Shown one piece after another: positions 61,507-64,000 of a stretch of 64,000 nt of DNA. The position numbers and the translations under genes are program-made. Position 1 is the first letter of the stretch. Every line of letters begins with the position of its first letter. The DNA comes from Octopus vulgaris (Eukaryota), in NCBI GenBank assembly GCA_951406725.2, contig OX597817.1, positions 157,604,001 to 157,668,000 of the forward strand, given 5' to 3'. A model generated the notes under the pieces. It was given only the letters and a program-made list of their open reading frames with translations. It was not told the DNA's origin and did no database searches.

Positions 61507-62574
61507 TAATATTTGTGTTTTCTCCAAAACTGTATCCTCATCTCCCTCTAACAACTAAATACTGACAACATTAATTGCATTACAATCCAAGAGGGTAGTA
61601 ATAGGGTTAAAGACTCTGCTTTCTCCCTTACCTTATGTATATCTCTGTATAGTATCTGTCAGGTAACTAGACATTTCCCTCACCTTCACCACCAGGAGAC
61701 AATCTATAAAGGTTATAGGCTTTTTTTCTTTTTATTTTATACTAGCTTTGCCAACAATATATAAATAAGTTAAATACTTGGGCACCAGGCAACTACACAT
61801 GCACATACATACTGTCCCCTCTCTCACTTCTCTCTCGTAAATAAAAGCAACCCATTTGTTTCCCAGAAATTCAATTGACACTGATCTAATGTATGTATCT
61901 TATTAGCATACACTGTCGATTCCCACAGATTACACAACAATTTACAGCAGGCAAAGGGAGAGGAAGTTCATAGGTTCACAGAATTAAGAGAAAAAAGGAG
62001 AAAGAAACTCAGATGAATTATCAAGGAAATTTGCTTAAAGTTGCTGACTTTGTGGCAATTTATTCCAGGTCATATCACTGAGATTACGAAATTAGATCAA
62101 CCATTTGTCTGAACTAGATTCAGTCAGAAATGCAGCTAAATAGGAAGAAAAAAAGACAATCTTTGTCTTATTAGGCATATGTAGGAAGGCAAATGAAACA
62201 GAGGCAAGCACAACATACAAAACAGCTTTGAAGCATGTTTTTATATTTTGATGCCAACCTATCAATTTGGCATTAGGAACAAGGTAACTTCTTGTAAAAG
62301 GGGTGGTGCAGTCAATGAACACAAGTCTAATTTATAACTGGTACATATTTTATGAACTCCATAAGGATGAAAGACAAAGTCAATGTTGACTGGATTGAAC
62401 TCAAGTATAACCAAAAGTAGATGCATTTCCACCGTTTTTGTCAACTCTATAGTTCAATGAACCAAAAAAGAAGCTTTTATACAGTTGATTGACCTGCTAA
62501 AATTAGCTGTCAAATCTTCAATTCATTGCGTCCTGAGGGGGAAAAAAGGCTCCCTAGACTATTGTAGTCCTATA

Positions 62575-62769
62575 TATAGGAGAGTTTACGAAAAAAAAAC
62601 AAAAGACGAAGACAGGTGGTGTACAAAACAAACAGATGTATTAGCATAATGCTCAGGAAAAGAAAAAATCTTTTACATTTCGAGCCTACGCTCTTCTACA
62701 GAAAGGGACACAGAAAAAACAAGGAGAGAAAAAACAAGGAGAGAAAAAACAAGGAGAGAAAAAAAGGAG
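62575..62769 (-). mobile_element. Short hammerhead-bearing element with 15-bp tandem repeats and 9-bp TSD
   Basis: AGTCCTATA at 62566-62574 and 62770-62778. (aaaaaacaaggagag)x3. Confidence 0.6.
62670..62705 (-). ncRNA. Degenerate minimal hammerhead motif
   Basis: Minus strand CUUU-CUGUAGA-A-GAGC-guag-GCUC-GAAA-UG-UA-AAAG. Same layout as 20704-20738 but the core has U at position 6. Confidence 0.55.
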
Positions 62770-62776
62770 AGTCCTA

Positions 62777-62992
62777 TAAACAGTGCTGAAAAGTTCTTGG
62801 CTTTAAGGGTATTGTGAAAGGCCTGGTTGGAGGCTCAACCTTCCAATTTATTTTACATGGCTCAGAAACACTAAAGGACCACTGCAATATGTGTGTGAAT
62901 CTGAGTGGGGAATATGTTGAATAAAATCATAATTAACTGATCCTCCTGTATTTTCTTTTACCCAAAGCCAGGAATTTTTCAGCATACCTTTG
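62777..62992 (+). mobile_element. Mariner-derived MITE
   Basis: TIRs gtgctgaaaagttcttggcttt / aaagccaggaatttttcagcat with TA flanks. Retains the transposase C-terminus CVNLSGEYVE*. Confidence 0.8.
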
Positions 62993-63497
62993 TATATGCT
63001 ATATCCAATAAAAAGACAGAACAGTCACAGCTGGACCATCTTTGCTCACCACAAGTCTGTTTGCCCAGGGTTGACATGGAGTTAAAAAAATATTATCATT
63101 GTTCAAGAAACACTGAATAAGGATTTTTTTCACAAAACACGATATTTAAAATTTTCGAGGGAAAGTAAACGACAAATGAAACATTGTGATTATTCATTGT
63201 CTTCTCAAGACCATCAGTGAGTAAATAAAGGAAATTTCAAAAGGAAATCCAAACCAGATCAAAGCCTTCTCTCACTAGTTATATTACTGCAGAATTATCA
63301 TAATCACAGAAATACAGGATATTAGCTAAAACAATGACACATCTGGGAGTTTCAGATCTTAAAACTTGTATTATTAAAATAAATCTCAACTTCTTATTCA
63401 AATAGAAATTGTTGTAGAGCAAGCTAGAAATATACAAGATTCAGAAACAAGCTAGTCAACTAGAAAAACTAGTAATGGCTTTTGAGAGAAATGAATT

Positions 63498-63512
63498 ATT
63501 ATAATAGTAATA

Positions 63513-63580
<68 letters not shown>
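63498..63580. repeat. (TAA)n microsatellite
   Basis: Directly visible. Confidence 0.95.
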
Positions 63581-63581
<1 letters not shown>

Positions 63582-63870
63582 TAGTAATAAATAAGTAAAT
63601 AGATTTAAAATAGAATTATGACATGAATATCTGAAATTAAATTTTCAAGGAGATTTGTCTTACATGTTTCTGATAAAAGTGGGAAGATGCAAATCAGGCT
63701 GTGCAGTCTCAAATTAGAAATAGAAGAAAAGAATCAAATTTGTTGGCCTTCATAACAACAGGGGACTTATAAACACAGAAATGCTTTGCAATATCTAGTT
63801 TTGTCTCTCTACTTTCTAAGTTCAAATCTCCCTAGAGTCAGCTATACCTTTTTATGTCATGCCAGTGTTA

Positions 63871-64000
63871 CGAGTGTGAGTCAAAAAGTAATGCCATTTT
63901 GTTTAGGACAGGTATAATTACCAACACAGGAACATGTATCATACATCAAAATGAAGCTGGTCCTCTGTGGATCACATCCCTACTTCTCAGCATAGCAATG
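63871..64000. mobile_element. Left end of a mariner-like transposon running off the window
   Basis: TA|cgagtgtgagtcaaaaagtaatgcc terminus, then atacatcaaaatgaagct…ctacttctcagcatag as in mariner leaders. The other end is not visible. Confidence 0.6.

Overview
This is AT-rich, repeat-dense eukaryotic (metazoan) DNA. The repeat repertoire is typical of a cephalopod, probably Octopus; that assignment is an inference from the tRNA-derived SINE families and (TA)n/(CA)n density. I can demonstrate no intact protein-coding gene, and most listed ORFs are microsatellite or SINE read-throughs. The window looks intronic or intergenic. It contains three tRNA-headed SINE families, many 5'-truncated copies of one RTE LINE (the longest has a PHD finger inside the RT and a tandem-repeat 3' UTR), and fragments of other RTE, CR1, Tx1-like and R4/Dong LINEs. 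It also holds Penelope-like RT and GIY-YIG relics, non-autonomous Helitrons, piggyBac, hAT and mariner MITEs, and U6 and 5S pseudogenes. The best leads are: (1) small non-coding, often fold-back elements, mostly in (TA)n tracts, that carry minimal hammerhead ribozyme motifs, one with a non-canonical core; (2) a U6 snRNA-SINE chimeric retrocopy bounded by one 18-bp target-site duplication; (3) arrays of putative H-type pseudoknots in the RTE 3' UTR; (4) a tandemly duplicated candidate exon. Coordinates were read by eye and ends of degenerate repeats are approximate.
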